A DNA stretch of 64,000 nucleotides from contig LWCA01000023.1 of NCBI GenBank assembly GCA_001642005.1, forward strand, positions 15,069 to 79,068. The letters run 5' to 3'. Positions 37,101-50,511 of the stretch are shown here, piece by piece. How positions within the stretch are numbered: position 1 is the stretch's first letter; each line of letters starts with the position of its first letter. Source of the DNA: Intoshia linei. Taxonomy: Eukaryota > Animalia > Orthonectida. The notes beneath the pieces were generated by a model. The model was given only the letters and a program-made list of their open reading frames with translations, was not told the DNA's origin and made no database searches. Position numbers and translations under genes: made by a program.

Positions 37101-38891
37101 CGAGTTGTTGTTGCTTCCAAGAGTCCAAAATCTGAAGACCAATATATATGGGAATCTGATTCTTCGACGTATGTTACATATAAGGACCCTAGAGGAAATA
37201 CATTGACAAGAGGAACACAAATAACCCTATACATGAAGGAAGACACAAAAGACTTTATGGAACTGCCAAAAATAACTGAATTGGTAAAACGATACAGTCA
37301 GTTTATTCAATTTGATATTTTGTTGTATGACACAGAAACTGTAAATGAAGAAGTTGAAGACACTGAAGCCAACAAGGAAGAAGAAAAAGACAAAAAGGAT
37401 GACAATTTAATAGACGATGAAGAACAAGAAGGAAAAGTAGAAGATGAAACTGAAAAGCCAAAAGAAAAAAAAACAAAAACTGTCTCTAAAATTGTGTACA
37501 ATTGGAAAGTCGTCAACGATAACAAACCAATTTGGATTCGAAAAAAAGGTGACATTACAGATGAAGAATACAACAACTTTTACAAGAGTTTCTCTAAAAA
37601 CGACGATGGTCCACTTTGTAAAATTCATTTTTCTGCTGAAGGAGAAATTAGCTTTAAATCAATTTTATACATTCCAAAAAAGGCACCTGCAAATCTTTAC
37701 ACTGGTTATGGAGACGCTAAAGAACATATTAAAATGTACATTCGTCGTGTATTTATTACTTCAAATGCTGAACAAATGTTTCCAAACTATTTGAGGTTTG
37801 TAACCGGCGTTGTCGATTCAGACGATTTACCCTTGAATGTATCTCGAGAAGATTTACAACACAGCGAACTATTGAGTGTCATTAAAAAAAAATTAGTCCG
37901 TAAAACTCTTGAAATGATTAAAAAATTGAGCTCTGAAGATTTTGAAATTTTCTGGAAAGAATATAGTACAAGTGTTAAGATGGGCGTTATTGAAGATGAA
38001 GCCAATAGAATCAGAATCTCTAAATTATTGAAATTCCACTCTTCATATGAAGCAATAAATACAACCAGTTTGGCTGACTATGTGAGTAGAATGCCGGCAA
38101 ACCAAGAAGAAATTTATTACATTGCGGGAGCATCAAAACGTGAAGTAGAACATTCTCCATTGGTGGAAGGATTAATAAAACATGGTTACGAAGTATTGTA
38201 CCTAGTTGAACCAGTTGACGAATTCTGCATTCAGTCTTTACCCGATTTTGACGGAAAGAAATTTTCAAATGTAGCCAAAGAGGGAGTCAGCATTTCAGAA
38301 ACAGATAATGACAAAATTGAAGCAATTTCTAAAAATTATGAAGCCCTTTTCAAGCATATTTCAGATGACATCCTTTCTGACTCAGTATCTAAAGTTGAAC
38401 TTTCAAAAACACTAGTATCTTCACCTGCCGCTCTTATTGCTTCCAAACACGGGTGGTCTGGAAACATGGACAGAATCCAACGATCCCAAGCTCATCAAAA
38501 GAAAGAAGATGAAACCAAAAATTATTATTTATCTCAAAAAAAGATTTTACAATTGAATGCTGGACATCCCGTTATTAGGAAAATGCTGGCAATTTACAAT
38601 GAAGATGGATCAGAGTCCACAGAACTCAAAGCTATTGTCAATACTTTATATGATACTGCTGCTCTCAGATCTGGGTTTATGATACCAGATTCTGTCGAAT
38701 TCTCAAAACGTGTCGATACCCTTCTTTCTTACAAATTAAACGTTGAAGGTCAGAAAATATCAGACATTTACTCAACTGAAGATGACGAAGAAGACAAAGG
38801 CGAAGACGTAATATATTTAATCAATAATATTTAATAATTATCAAAAATTTAGATAAAGGAAGATTTCGACGAAGCACACGAAGAATTATAA
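34188..38891 (+). CDS. HSP90B1: Endoplasmin / GRP94 (ER Hsp90)
   Basis: Signal peptide; [59 protein letters not shown]; last exon ends HEEL* (ER retention). Confidence 0.97.
34495..34624 (+). ncRNA. Candidate intronic H/ACA snoRNA in HSP90B1 intron
   Basis: Two hairpins (ctgtat..atacag; attattggagagt..gcttttcataat), AGAATA H box at 34550, ACA at 34619; ~130 nt; no target identified. Confidence 0.35.
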
Positions 38892-38959
38892 AATGCATTA
38901 ATTTTATTACAATAAAAATTTAAAATATGGAATGATTTACTTTACAAAAATTGAGTCTT

Positions 38960-40464
38960 CTAGGTCACTTGTGTAGGATTTTCAGTTTTTTTAGCGTGAA
39001 AAAATATACAGTCAGTTCCCTTGTTGCACATTGTTCCGTAACGACATACCTAATAATTATTAATTTCAATATAACACTAAAATTACAGGTTTGTGATAAA
39101 ATTGACAATTATTATTATTGCAATACGGATGATATTTACATTCTGTGGCATTATTTATGTTAGTAAACAAACTGTGTTGATAACCGCAACTTGGGTTTGC
39201 ACATGCAACGCCGAATTTGCAGTTTGGATGAATATATACACATTTTTGTCCATATGAACAGTCTGGAAACTTTCTACAAAATTAATTTATTTCAAGCAAT
39301 AGCTAAATAGTCACGTGCACTGTTGAGTAGGATGAATGTATACGCATTCATATTTAGCTCTACAATCTGGCCAATATTGACATTTTCGAATAATTTCTAA
39401 AAAAATAAAAGATTTACTCCAATTTTACCAATTTTTTTTTCCTTGAGAATAGAAATACTTGTATCGTCCCCCTCGACAGGTGTTTGTCCCAATCTAGCAT
39501 GAACATCCAATTTTTTATTCTGAATGTTTTTCCTTTTTTTATTAGTCAAGAGTCCGTACGTTTCAACAAATTGCGTTTTTTCCGGAGTTGAAATATTTAA
39601 TGTATCTTGGTCAATGTTATCAGCACCATTGAGGGTAATTAAGAATTTAGTATCAGGTTTGTTGGTATAAATATTGTTATTACTTTGAAGTTCGACTGGA
39701 CCCTTATTGACCAATTCATCAATTTCTTCTTTATTTTTTTCAACATAACCTGGTAGTGTATCTAACAAAATTAAAATAGAATAAAATAAACATACAAATG
39801 TCAACTCCCTTTTGTGGATCTAGACTAAAACTTTTAAAACTACGAATAAAAATGGTACCTTAATTCGTGAGATTTTGATTTTTCCTAGTGTAAGTTAATT
39901 TTAAAAATATTTTATAAAACATTTTCAGTTTCTAAAACCTCCTTTTCTTTTGATTTGAATTTTTTCTCCTTTTTCGGTTCAATGTCCACTTTAACACGTT
40001 TTTTTTCTTTAGGTTTTATTACTTTTGATCTTTTCAGTGATTTTGATGATAGTGCAGTCTTTTTCCTCTCTAATTTAGGTTAATCAATCCTCAAATTAAA
40101 AACAAACCTCGGTTTTCAGCAAGATCTGCCATTTTTTCCAACAAATTGAATATCCTACATAGAAATGTGACAATTTTCTGCAAAGTCTACCAGTCAGTAA
40201 AAATTTGAGACTTTTCGGATAAAAATAATTCCAGTTCATTATGCATTTCTTGTCTTGGCTTTTTATTGTTGACCATGGCTATAATGTAGTCTGGAAGTTC
40301 TTTGTCTACATTGAAAAATTTTATAAATATCATTTATTTATCATTTACCAATATAGCAGTCTAATTCAACCAATTTATCTCGTATTGCATCCTAAATCAT
40401 AAATAAATTGTTATTCTAGATGCGGGAAATTTACTTTCAAGCGGTTTGACGTAGAGTGGGACAT
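38960..40464 (-). CDS. ZC3H14: Polyadenosine RNA-binding CCCH protein ZC3H14/Nab2
   Basis: N-terminal DAIRDKLVELDCYIDKELPDYIIAMVNNKK..ELELFL..FTDW; C-terminal tandem CCCH fingers (FPDCSYGQKCVYIHPNCKFG..). Confidence 0.9.
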
Positions 40465-41104
40465 TTTTAATCGAAATTGTATCAAACTGAAAAAAAATTT
40501 ATTATGTAATTATTTCGATAGCAATGCAATGAATGAAACCTATAGTTAAGTTAATTTCTATTTTAATTTAAAAAATTATATGCACTTTATTGTGCAATAA
40601 ATCAAGTTACACTAGGACTTGTCCTTGTGTCATCCGATCATATATTTTTTTAAATTTGTTTGATTGGAAATCAATACTTTCTATTGGATTTATAGTCAAT
40701 TTTAATTGTCATTATTATTTCTATTGAAGTAAACAAAAATACTACTGTACGAGACTTTATTTGACAAGTCCTGAATTAGGACTCGTGATTAATTGTGAAT
40801 GCTTCAAAAATAATTTCAAATGTGGATAAACTTTTGACAAAATTATCATTTTAATTAATTTTTATGGACTTTTTATTAACGATGTCATAAATATTAAATA
40901 AATTATAGCATACTTTTTTATATTAAAAAGTGTTAAGACTTATTCTACAAAAGAGATAGTGGTTTAGATAAATTTTAATTTTCAATAAATACAAAAATTG
41001 TAAATTGTATCACAAAGAAGTCAAGTAAACTTTGATTATTAACTAGTAAATTTTCTAAATTTATATATATCCATGTTTACATTATTTGATCAAATACAAA
41101 ATAA

Positions 41105-41357
41105 ATGAACCAACTTGAAGAACTTCGCAAAAATACTCAAATTGTTGCCGATTCTGGTGATTATAATGGTACTTTTATGGAAAATTCAATAATATATAAA
41201 AATTAAAGTTTTTATCTTAAATTGTAATTATAGCTTTCATAAAGTTTAATCCACAAGATGCTACGACTAATCCGTCATTGATATTGAAAGCTATTCAAAC
41301 GCCAGAATACAAACATTTTTTTGACAAAGCTGTTGATTACGCAAAAAAGAAATCAAA
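41105..41357 (+). CDS. TALDO1: Transaldolase, first two exons only
   Basis: [35 protein letters not shown]; remainder not found in the window. Confidence 0.9.
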
Positions 41358-41627
41358 GTAAAATTTTTTGCTTACTTATATAATATGCTACATTAAGTTA
41401 TTCTTAATTTGGCTGAAGCGCAGCGAAGCGTGTTATTTTTTTTGTTTTTTAAAAAATTTTTTGGGCCCTTATTTACTTTGGGGTCTCTTTTTCAAAATAA
41501 AAAATAATAACAATTTACACACAATTGTTATTGCAAATTTCAAAATGAATTCTGACACGGTATTTATAATTTTATGACATGTCATATTGAATTTTGTGTG
41601 TAATTCGCTTATTCATCTCATATATAT

Positions 41628-43170
41628 TAGGGGTGTAAGTCAAAATTTGATATCAAAAGTACACCCACTCATCTTATGAGCAATTTTTGTGTCTTTAATT
41701 TGTACCTAATCTTGCTTTACAATTCTTTAAAAAAAAGTTGGGGCTATGCCCTTAAAGTTTTGAACATATTATCGTTCATTGTAACTATTATTTATTAATT
41801 TTTTTAAAATTTTATTGATTTAACCATTTTTTTTAAATTTATTTTAATATTACAAAATTTTTTGTAAATTTTAAAATTGTTATTTTAATAAAATATAAAT
41901 TTATATAAATATTAAAATTCATAAGACACATTTTTTCGATTTTGATAAACCAAAATTTAAGTTGAAGTTTAAAAAGTTTATGGAGCATACAAAAATAATT
42001 TATTTTTAATTGAATTGAATATCGTTATAATGTCAAAAATCCGTGCATATGNAAAATATAAATTTATATAAATATTAAAATTCATAATACACATTTTTTC
42101 GATTTTGATAAACCAAACTTTTAGTTGAAGTTTAAAAAGTTTATTGAACATACAAAAATAATTTATTTTTAATTGAATTGAATATCGTTATGTCAAAAAT
42201 CCGTGCATATGGAAATTTTATAGACAACCTCTCTGTTTGAAAAGCAGTCTTGCTACAAATGCTGATATTTTAGAACGCTATTACTATTTATTGAAATATC
42301 AAAAGGCTGTATCAACAGTTAAAATAATTGCTACTGAATTAATAAATTTGTGGAAAAAATGTAGTATTCCTCATCAAGATATAAGACAGGTTATAAGAAA
42401 AATCAATACCTGCATTAAAATGTATAAATATTACAATACAACAAAAGGAGGAAAACAGAAAAAATTCAATATTAAAAGTTCATGGACAAAATTATTCGAC
42501 ATTAAAACCAATGTATTTATTTGGAAGATGAAAAGTTTTTTCAATTACAAAGTGATACAGATTGCAATGTTGGTAGAGTATCAAATATAGTTGAAATGAT
42601 TAATATTTATTCATCCAAAATAAAAAGAACAGAAAAACGGGAATGCAAATGCGAATCAATTATAAATTTTACATCCCATCTGTTCCCAAAAAAACTAATA
42701 TATCAAATGGAAAAGAATTGGCCAGCATTTCAGAAAATACTGGAATTTTAATGAAATCAACAATCACTGTAGCAAATGCAATATTTCATAAATTACAATT
42801 GAAATCAATTTCACGGATAGCTGCACAAATAAAATCCTCTTCAATTGAAACAATCAACTTACAACTTATTGATGCAATTAAACAGATAGTACAGGATATT
42901 TATTATCTTTTGACGGAAAAACTTATAAAAATATACATTACTTGGTAATTGCTGTAAAAGGGGAATTAGTTAGTANATAAATTTATATAAATATTAAAAT
43001 TGATAATACACATTTTTTCGATTTTGATAAACCAAAATTTAAGTTGAAGTTTAAAAAGTTTATTGAGCATACAAAAATAATTTATTTTTAATGGAATTGA
43101 ATATCGTTATAAAGTCAAGAATCCGTGCATATACAAATTTTTTTATTAACCTCTCTGTTTGAAAAGAATG
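41628..43170 (+). mobile_element. TAGGG-terminus DNA transposon (probably hATm-like): 5' part and repeated subterminal blocks broken by n gaps
   Basis: Frameshifted ORFs 42237-42948 (IATELINLWKKCSIP); ~140-bp block repeated at ~41885, 42053, 42977, 47454. Confidence 0.65.
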
Positions 43171-45275
43171 GGTTTTTAATTGATTCCCTTTTTATAATAG
43201 CCTCTTACCTAGTAAAGTAAAGTAAACAAAAGTGAGTGACAGTAACTTTGTATAACTAGTTTATGAAATCAGTATGGTTATATGTTTGTGAGATCATGAT
43301 TTAATTTTTTGATGTTTAATTTCAAGTTAAATCTAAGAATTATTAACTTTATAAAGATTTGGATCAGGATGTGTAGGGTGCCTAAGACTTATGTCACGCA
43401 CCGTATGAAACTAAAATATAATCATGACTAAAATCATATGGAAAGTATACTGCTTTAAATAGTATCACTAGCTTGACTGTTATGTACTTTGTACAAACAG
43501 CATCTAGCTCTGCCGATGTCGTAATTTTTTAATTATACCAAAAAGATAAAATCTTGCATATAAATGCTACTATTCACTGTTACCAATCATTTAAAGGAGT
43601 TGTTCCTAAACGTGGTAACACATTATTTACATTTTTATTTTTAAATTCTAGAATCTCGATCCATTCTTAACAATATATGTTAAAATATATACATTAGGGT
43701 GTAAAATGTTTTTTAAATTTTTAGAATTAAATGGGAGATTAGTAATAATTGTGTGTATTTTTAAAATAGAAGCACTATGTTGCAATTAAAAATATCTAAT
43801 GATACTTATCCGAGTTGGGTTCATTATTTTAAATATCCTTTGAAAATCGTATAGAAAAATTTAAATTTATTTTTTTTTATATTTTTTGCAAAAACAACAT
43901 TTTGGTAAGTTGTCATGGTTTATATTTTATGGTTTCAACATCCACGCTTAACTATACATTTCAATTTTTAAAATTTGATTCTAGCTCGATTTTTGTGGTT
44001 TTTATCGACGTTCAAATTTCGGTTATTTATGCAATAATGTTTAGACGTTTTTAAAATACTATTTCACTGTTGTTCACTTAACACACACCAAAAATTTAAA
44101 TCTGACAAAGTAACGCCTTCACGATTAAACAAGCACTTTAGTATTTATTTTTTTATTTGGAAACTATAATTAAACAAATAGTAAAAAAAATTAAAATAAT
44201 TAACGGTTCTACAATTAAAAAAAGAAAGTTTATATTTATACAGCTTATTCCAGTTGTTATAATACAACATTTCGATCCCATAAATCTCCGAAAGTACAAA
44301 TTACAGCTTGGTCATTATCATTTTTATATTTATTACAATGTTGGTAAAATTCACCCGAAATACTTTTTTAAACTACTGATTTCATTAATTATTGATGCAA
44401 AATTGATATTTTTTACTCATACTGAAAGCAGATACTGAATCATATTAATCATATTCCAAAAATAATTACCGATATTTACAATTTTATTTAAGCTATTTAT
44501 GATAATTTTTATGATTCTACTATTTAGACTTTATTTTTAAGACTATACAGTGTATAGTATACACTGATTTTATTTAACGAATTAAAAAAATCAGATCTCA
44601 AAATTATTTTTAAAATTCTTTACACAAATGTGAACAAAATAAAATCAAGTGGGAATAATTCACTTTAAAATATAAGATAATGTGAAAATGAGGGGTACAT
44701 GGTGAAACAAGTTTAGGAAACACTCATTTAAATAATTGATAATAGTGAATGTAACATTTTTAACTAAACTTATATTATTGCATTTATTTTTTGGTAAAAT
44801 GAAAAAAGTCCCCCTTGGCAGAGCTATGATGCTTTTTGTAGGAAGTACATAAAATCAAGCTATTTAATTATATAAAATTTATTGAAAGTGTTAGTTTTTG
44901 AAGATAATTGTGTAAACTGTAAATTTTTTTAAAGTTCTAGGACTATTTTAATTTTTTAAATAAAGTATAATTTGGCTTGTGACGCTGAATATTGAAATTT
45001 AAATGTATCATAATGTTTATTAGTTTGATATGTTGATATATGGATAATTGAAATTTTCGACCTGAAAGATGTAGGATTCTGAGATTAAAAGTTATGTTAC
45101 TTTCTCCACGGAAAGATGTAACTTGGAATTTGTGTTTGTTAACATTGTATAACTCTTATGTATGTTTTCTAGTTAAGCTGTGTTAAAATATGTTTTCGAG
45201 GGGTTTTCAATTTCCTGATTCAACCTGTTGGTATAATGATTCGGCGAATTTCATATTTATAATAATATATTTTAG

Positions 45276-47252
45276 AACGCACGTGCATTTTGCCAGTTTT
45301 AACAGAAAATGATGACGATCCATATGCTATATTTTGGCCTTATAAACCTAGAACATTTATAAATATAGGAGAAACCATATTCTATAAATGTAAAATTGGT
45401 TACACTATAAGTGAAACAATATTCTATACTTGCGCAGTAGGCGTCACAATTGTTGCTCCTACATGTTCAAGTAATTTTATTTTGTATTTTAAATTTTAAT
45501 ACGTATTTTAATACTAGGGTGATTCACTATATCATTAAATATAAATTATTTTTGTATCTATAGTCTATAATTTAAATCAGGCATTTAAACCTGGGAGATT
45601 GCGCCTTTTTGCCTCAATTTTGTTAATATTGGGATTTGGTTTCAGAATAAAGTTATTTTATAATTGATATTAATATTTTCTTATATATTGCATGCGGATA
45701 CATTCATAAAATGGAACTTAATTTTCTATTTAATTATTTAATTTATGCGATTAAAAAATGTATTTTAAGAAAAAAATAAATGAAAAAAATGTTTTTTTTG
45801 TAAAGCTGATTGTGCATTGCCCATGTTATTTCTCTAAAGTCAAATAAAAATAGTATTATTAGAAAAATTATAAGTCAATCGTAGAAATAAAAAAATTTGA
45901 TAAATTCCAAAAATTCTGGAAAATAGGACCTTGACTATATCATAAATTATTATGATGCCCAAAATTAGATTCAAATTTTTTTGATTATTATTAATCATAG
46001 TTAATAGAGTTGTAATAAATATTTTTAAGAGAGATAATTTTGTAAAAATTATAGTTTTCGATGAGATGAATTCATTCCAAATGAAATAATAAATAAATAA
46101 TAATAAATATTTTGTAATAAACTAAAAATTTGGAAATAATTGAAAAATTTCAGAAATAGATAGTTTTCAAGTATACTGATAAATATATTAGATATACACA
46201 TTTAACGTGCAGTTGGAATACTTTATATTTTTTTATTAGTTGCTCAATGTACAATACCAGCTACAAATGGTGATAATAAATCTCCAACTTACTCCCCAAC
46301 TTCTGGCACTATGGTAAATTATATGGATTCTATAACGAAAGACTGTACCGGTGTTTCGACTGGCAAGACAATTACACTATATTGTGTCTATTTGGCGACA
46401 AGTGGAATATATGGCTTTAATGACGGAGGAAAAACTGAATGTCCAGGTTGAATGAATTTTATTTTATATTTTTTACACATTTAGTTCAAGATTGTGGCCC
46501 ATTAGGTTCAACAAATGGATTCATTTTTCTAACTACAATTACGAACACATTTGCCGGAGCATCTTATGAGGCCACATGTGCTAGTGCAGAGGAAACATTT
46601 GTGGATGGAACATTAAGTAAATTAATAATTTGTCTGCGTGAAGATGAAAATTCGTACGCATATTGGAACTTGAACAACTATCAGTGCATTAGTAAGTGTT
46701 ATCATAATATGTGAGAAAAGAGTGAAAATGGGATGATAGGTTTGTATAATGTATAAAATGACCAATATTTAGAAAAATCCTGTTCTAATCCCAACATTGG
46801 ACCACGCGTCATAATAGTCACTAATCCAATACGTTTCATGGTTGAAGATACGGTCACTTTTCATTGTAACTTAGGATATGATTTGAATATCCAATCAATT
46901 ACATGCATGCTAACTAATAATAATGCTGTATGGAGTAACACTGAGCAAATAACTTGTATAGGTATGGTTATAGTTTTCATTTATTTTTAATTTACATAGA
47001 TTCTAAAAACCCAATTATCCCAGTATGCACGTCTACAATACTAATGGAAAGATATACAGTCCCCAGTAGTTTAACGGATTTTACATTACAATACAGCGAT
47101 AATTCAAATACATATATTCTAGAATATAGTGATCAAACTTATAGCGTGGCTAAAGCTGAAGACTATACTTTAACATACACAGTGAGTGATTTAAGTGTGC
47201 AACCCAACACAGCAGAATGTACCGTGACATTTGCTATAATAGGTACTTTTCA
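45276..47252 (+). CDS. Internal exons of an extracellular protein with sushi/CCP repeats followed by an HYR-like domain
   Basis: Domain-sized phase-1 exons with C..GETIFYKCKIGY..C, SCSNP..VTFHCNLGYDL..ITC..W..TCI, and DSKNPII..YTLTYTVSD..NTAECTVTF. Confidence 0.75.
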
Positions 47253-47453
47253 TATAAATTTTATGTGTTTATCCTTACATGTATGTAATATATTATAATT
47301 ATAATATATGTAGAAATAATATTATAATCCTTATATAAGTATTAAGAAATATAGCTAAAAATTTATATATGTATATTATGGATACATGTATATTAGAATG
47401 TCCCAATTTAACATTTTTGTTTGAAATTCAAAAAGTATTTTTGACTGTATGTN

Positions 47454-48722
47454 ATTTTAATAAAATATAAATTTATATAAATATTAAAATTCATAAGACA
47501 CATTTTTTCGATTTTGATAAACCAAAATTTAAGTTGAAGTTTAAAAAGTTTATGGAGCATACAAAAATAATTTATTTTTAATTGAATTGAATATCGTTAT
47601 AATGTCAAAAATCTCCAGTATATACTCCAGAATCTCAGCCTCAAAAGAAAATTATTAATAAAGAAATAGCTTCAGCCTTGGACAGATCATTCACAACTGA
47701 TAGATCTGCAATGCATACAATTGCATCTACCTCTATGTGTTTGGGATACAATTAAACTGATGTTTCACTTTCAGTCAGTACTATACGAAGAGAACGACTG
47801 AAATTTCGTGAGCTTATTGCTGACGATATCAAGCAAAGTTTTAAAACAGATAGAATGTTCGTAGTTCATTGGGACGGTAAATTGATTAAAGATTTGTATA
47901 ATCCAACAGAAAAAATTGAAAGGCTAGCAATTTTAATATCCGGTTTCAATGTAGATAAGATCTTAGCCATACCTAAACTTACCAGAGGTACGGGTGACAT
48001 CATTTCAACTAGCGTTGTTAAACAATTGAAATCTTGGGACGTCTATAAGAACATAATAGCAATGGGTTTCGACACTACAAGTTGTAATACAAGCAAATAT
48101 AGTGCTTGTAGTCTAATAGAGAATAAATTAAATAGACGCCTATGATACCACATAATAGAAATTATGGTAGATTATGTGGTAAAAATTTGTTTTTCACCAA
48201 CCGTATGTCCGAATAATTATTTATTTAAACGTTTTCAGTCTTCCTGGCCGTTTATAGACCAATCTGACTTTGATATATGTCTCGAATGTTAAATACAATG
48301 AATGAAACTATTTTGAAGGAAAGCTCAGTTATTTATTTGCAGTCTATTTCACATAATGTGGATATTCGTGATGATTACAGGGAATTATTAGAGCTATCTT
48401 TAATGTTTCATGGAGTTATAAAGAAACAATTCAAACGTCCAGGTGGTTTTCACCACGCGAGATGGATGAATAAAGCCATATATTGCATTAAAATAAGATG
48501 TTTAGAAAAAAATTTCATATGGATAACGAAATTTTAACAGGAATTAGAGAACTGTGTATATTTTTTTCTACAATTTATGTTATACAATGGTTCAATTGCA
48601 TATACGCAGCTGAAGCTGCATTAAGTGATTTGCAGCTATATAAGAATTTACAATTGTTTCAAGGTATTTATAATGGTATGGCGTTTCAGGCAGAAAAAGC
48701 ATTAAGGAGACATTTATCATAG
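47454..48722 (+). mobile_element. Degenerate DDE transposase (hATm-like family)
   Basis: VVHWDGKL, ERLAILISG, IPKL..GTG, AMGFDTTSCNT, DDYRELLEL, PGGFHHARWMNKAIY; stops and frameshifts. Superfamily name is from recall. Confidence 0.8.
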
Positions 48723-50511
48723 CATCCTAGTATATCATTATAACCACATGACAGTTTTTTAAATATGATTATGATATTATCAATCTTCAATTAATTGAAA
48801 AATAATTTTTGAACAAACAATTAATAGATTATTTTTCAATAATTTTTACCAATTAATTGCAATTAAATTGGTTGCAATCAATTAATTCCAATCCCTGGTC
48901 ATAAGTATGCGTATTATTTCAATATTCTTTAAATTGTAAATTTTTAATTATATTTTGATGGTTTTAAAGTAAAAATTGTAGAAAGAAGTAGTAATTACTA
49001 AAAACAAGTAAAAATTACTATAAAAAATACATTTTCTGTGAATAAATTGTTAGTACGTTTTTAGGTGTTGCAAAAAAACGTACTTAAACCTTTGAGGAAT
49101 AATCGTTATTTTAAAATTCTAGATTTTTAGCCTGTTGGTCTGTTCATTGAAGACCGTATATAAATGTATAGTATACAGTGTAAAAATACACCCTGTACAA
49201 ACATTATTCATAAAATAAATGGTCTATAATTAAAAAGGGTGGCTTGTGCAGTATTAAAATTGCGAGTTACGTTCAATTAACGTTTTGCATCCATTGCAAA
49301 AATTTTAGTCGTTTTGGGTGAACCGTTAATATTAAGATAATCTTAAATTTAGTGTAACCAGAGTTGTAACTTGCATGAGAATTGCTTAAAAAATAAAAAA
49401 ACCTTACACAAATTTTATATCGAATTCCTTTTGTCAATTTTTTTGATGAGTGAACATGTTTATCTAAAAGTAAAAATTATTAAAATAAAAATTTTCGCAC
49501 ATCATGTTTTTATCTGTTTCATTTTTCGTAAATTAGTCTTTCAAGGTCAACATTTCCCGATTTCACTTTTTTTAAAAATAAAATCTATATTTCCATCAAA
49601 ACAAAATTACAAAATTTGCCCAAAAAAACTGATAAAAATTTAATTTTCTGTGGAAATTTTTTTCAAAACTCCGTGGAAGGAAGTCTCCAAAATGTTAGCT
49701 CAGTGGTTCTCATCCCTTTATACCTCTCGACCCCTTTTGAACAACAAAAATTTTACATAATTTTCAATTTTTATTTAATATTTAATAATTTCTACTCACT
49801 GATAAATGTTTGAAAAGTGCGAAAAAATCACAAAGTACATGTATTATATTGACCATTTGATTTAGTTAAATTTAATTAACCTTTAATGATAAAATAAGCA
49901 AACCTTTTTTATTTTCTTTATGTGTATGCATAATTAATAATTAAATTAAAATGATATATTAAAATCTAGTGAAACTGATGGTTATAATTGTTAATCATAT
50001 CTCTAGCAACCGATCCTGGCGCCTAAATATTGGATCAAAAGTCACCAAGTTTATAAAATCACAATTCTTGTAAGTATTGTAACAATTTGTGATTAATTCG
50101 ATATCGCATACATCCAATTCAACATTACAACTTTCAGTTTACCGCCTGTACAGATATATTGTATTTGTTGAATTAAAATGAATTCATTTAAATTTCAGAC
50201 AATGGCAATGTTCACATTGTGAATATTATGTACAATGTATTTTACACCATAATATTTAAAAGTTTTACTTTACGTAATACAGAGTATTGTACTAAATATT
50301 AGAAATATATTTACAATATAAGAATTAAGCCTTAATTAAGGACAAATGCAGAATATTATCGTACAATATTAGTTCATTGCATTGGTGTCGCTGGTGACAT
50401 GACATTGATCATTAAAGTTATGTTTGGAATTGGAAATGTTACAATTTATAATGTAAATTTATCTTGTTCAATGTACATGTATTTATAGTTTGTATATTTA
50501 AATATAGCAAA

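Noticed and set aside
37307-38268. Overlapping and antisense ORFs within the HSP90B1 large exon
   Set aside because: Shadow frames of a long biased coding exon; no recognisable motifs
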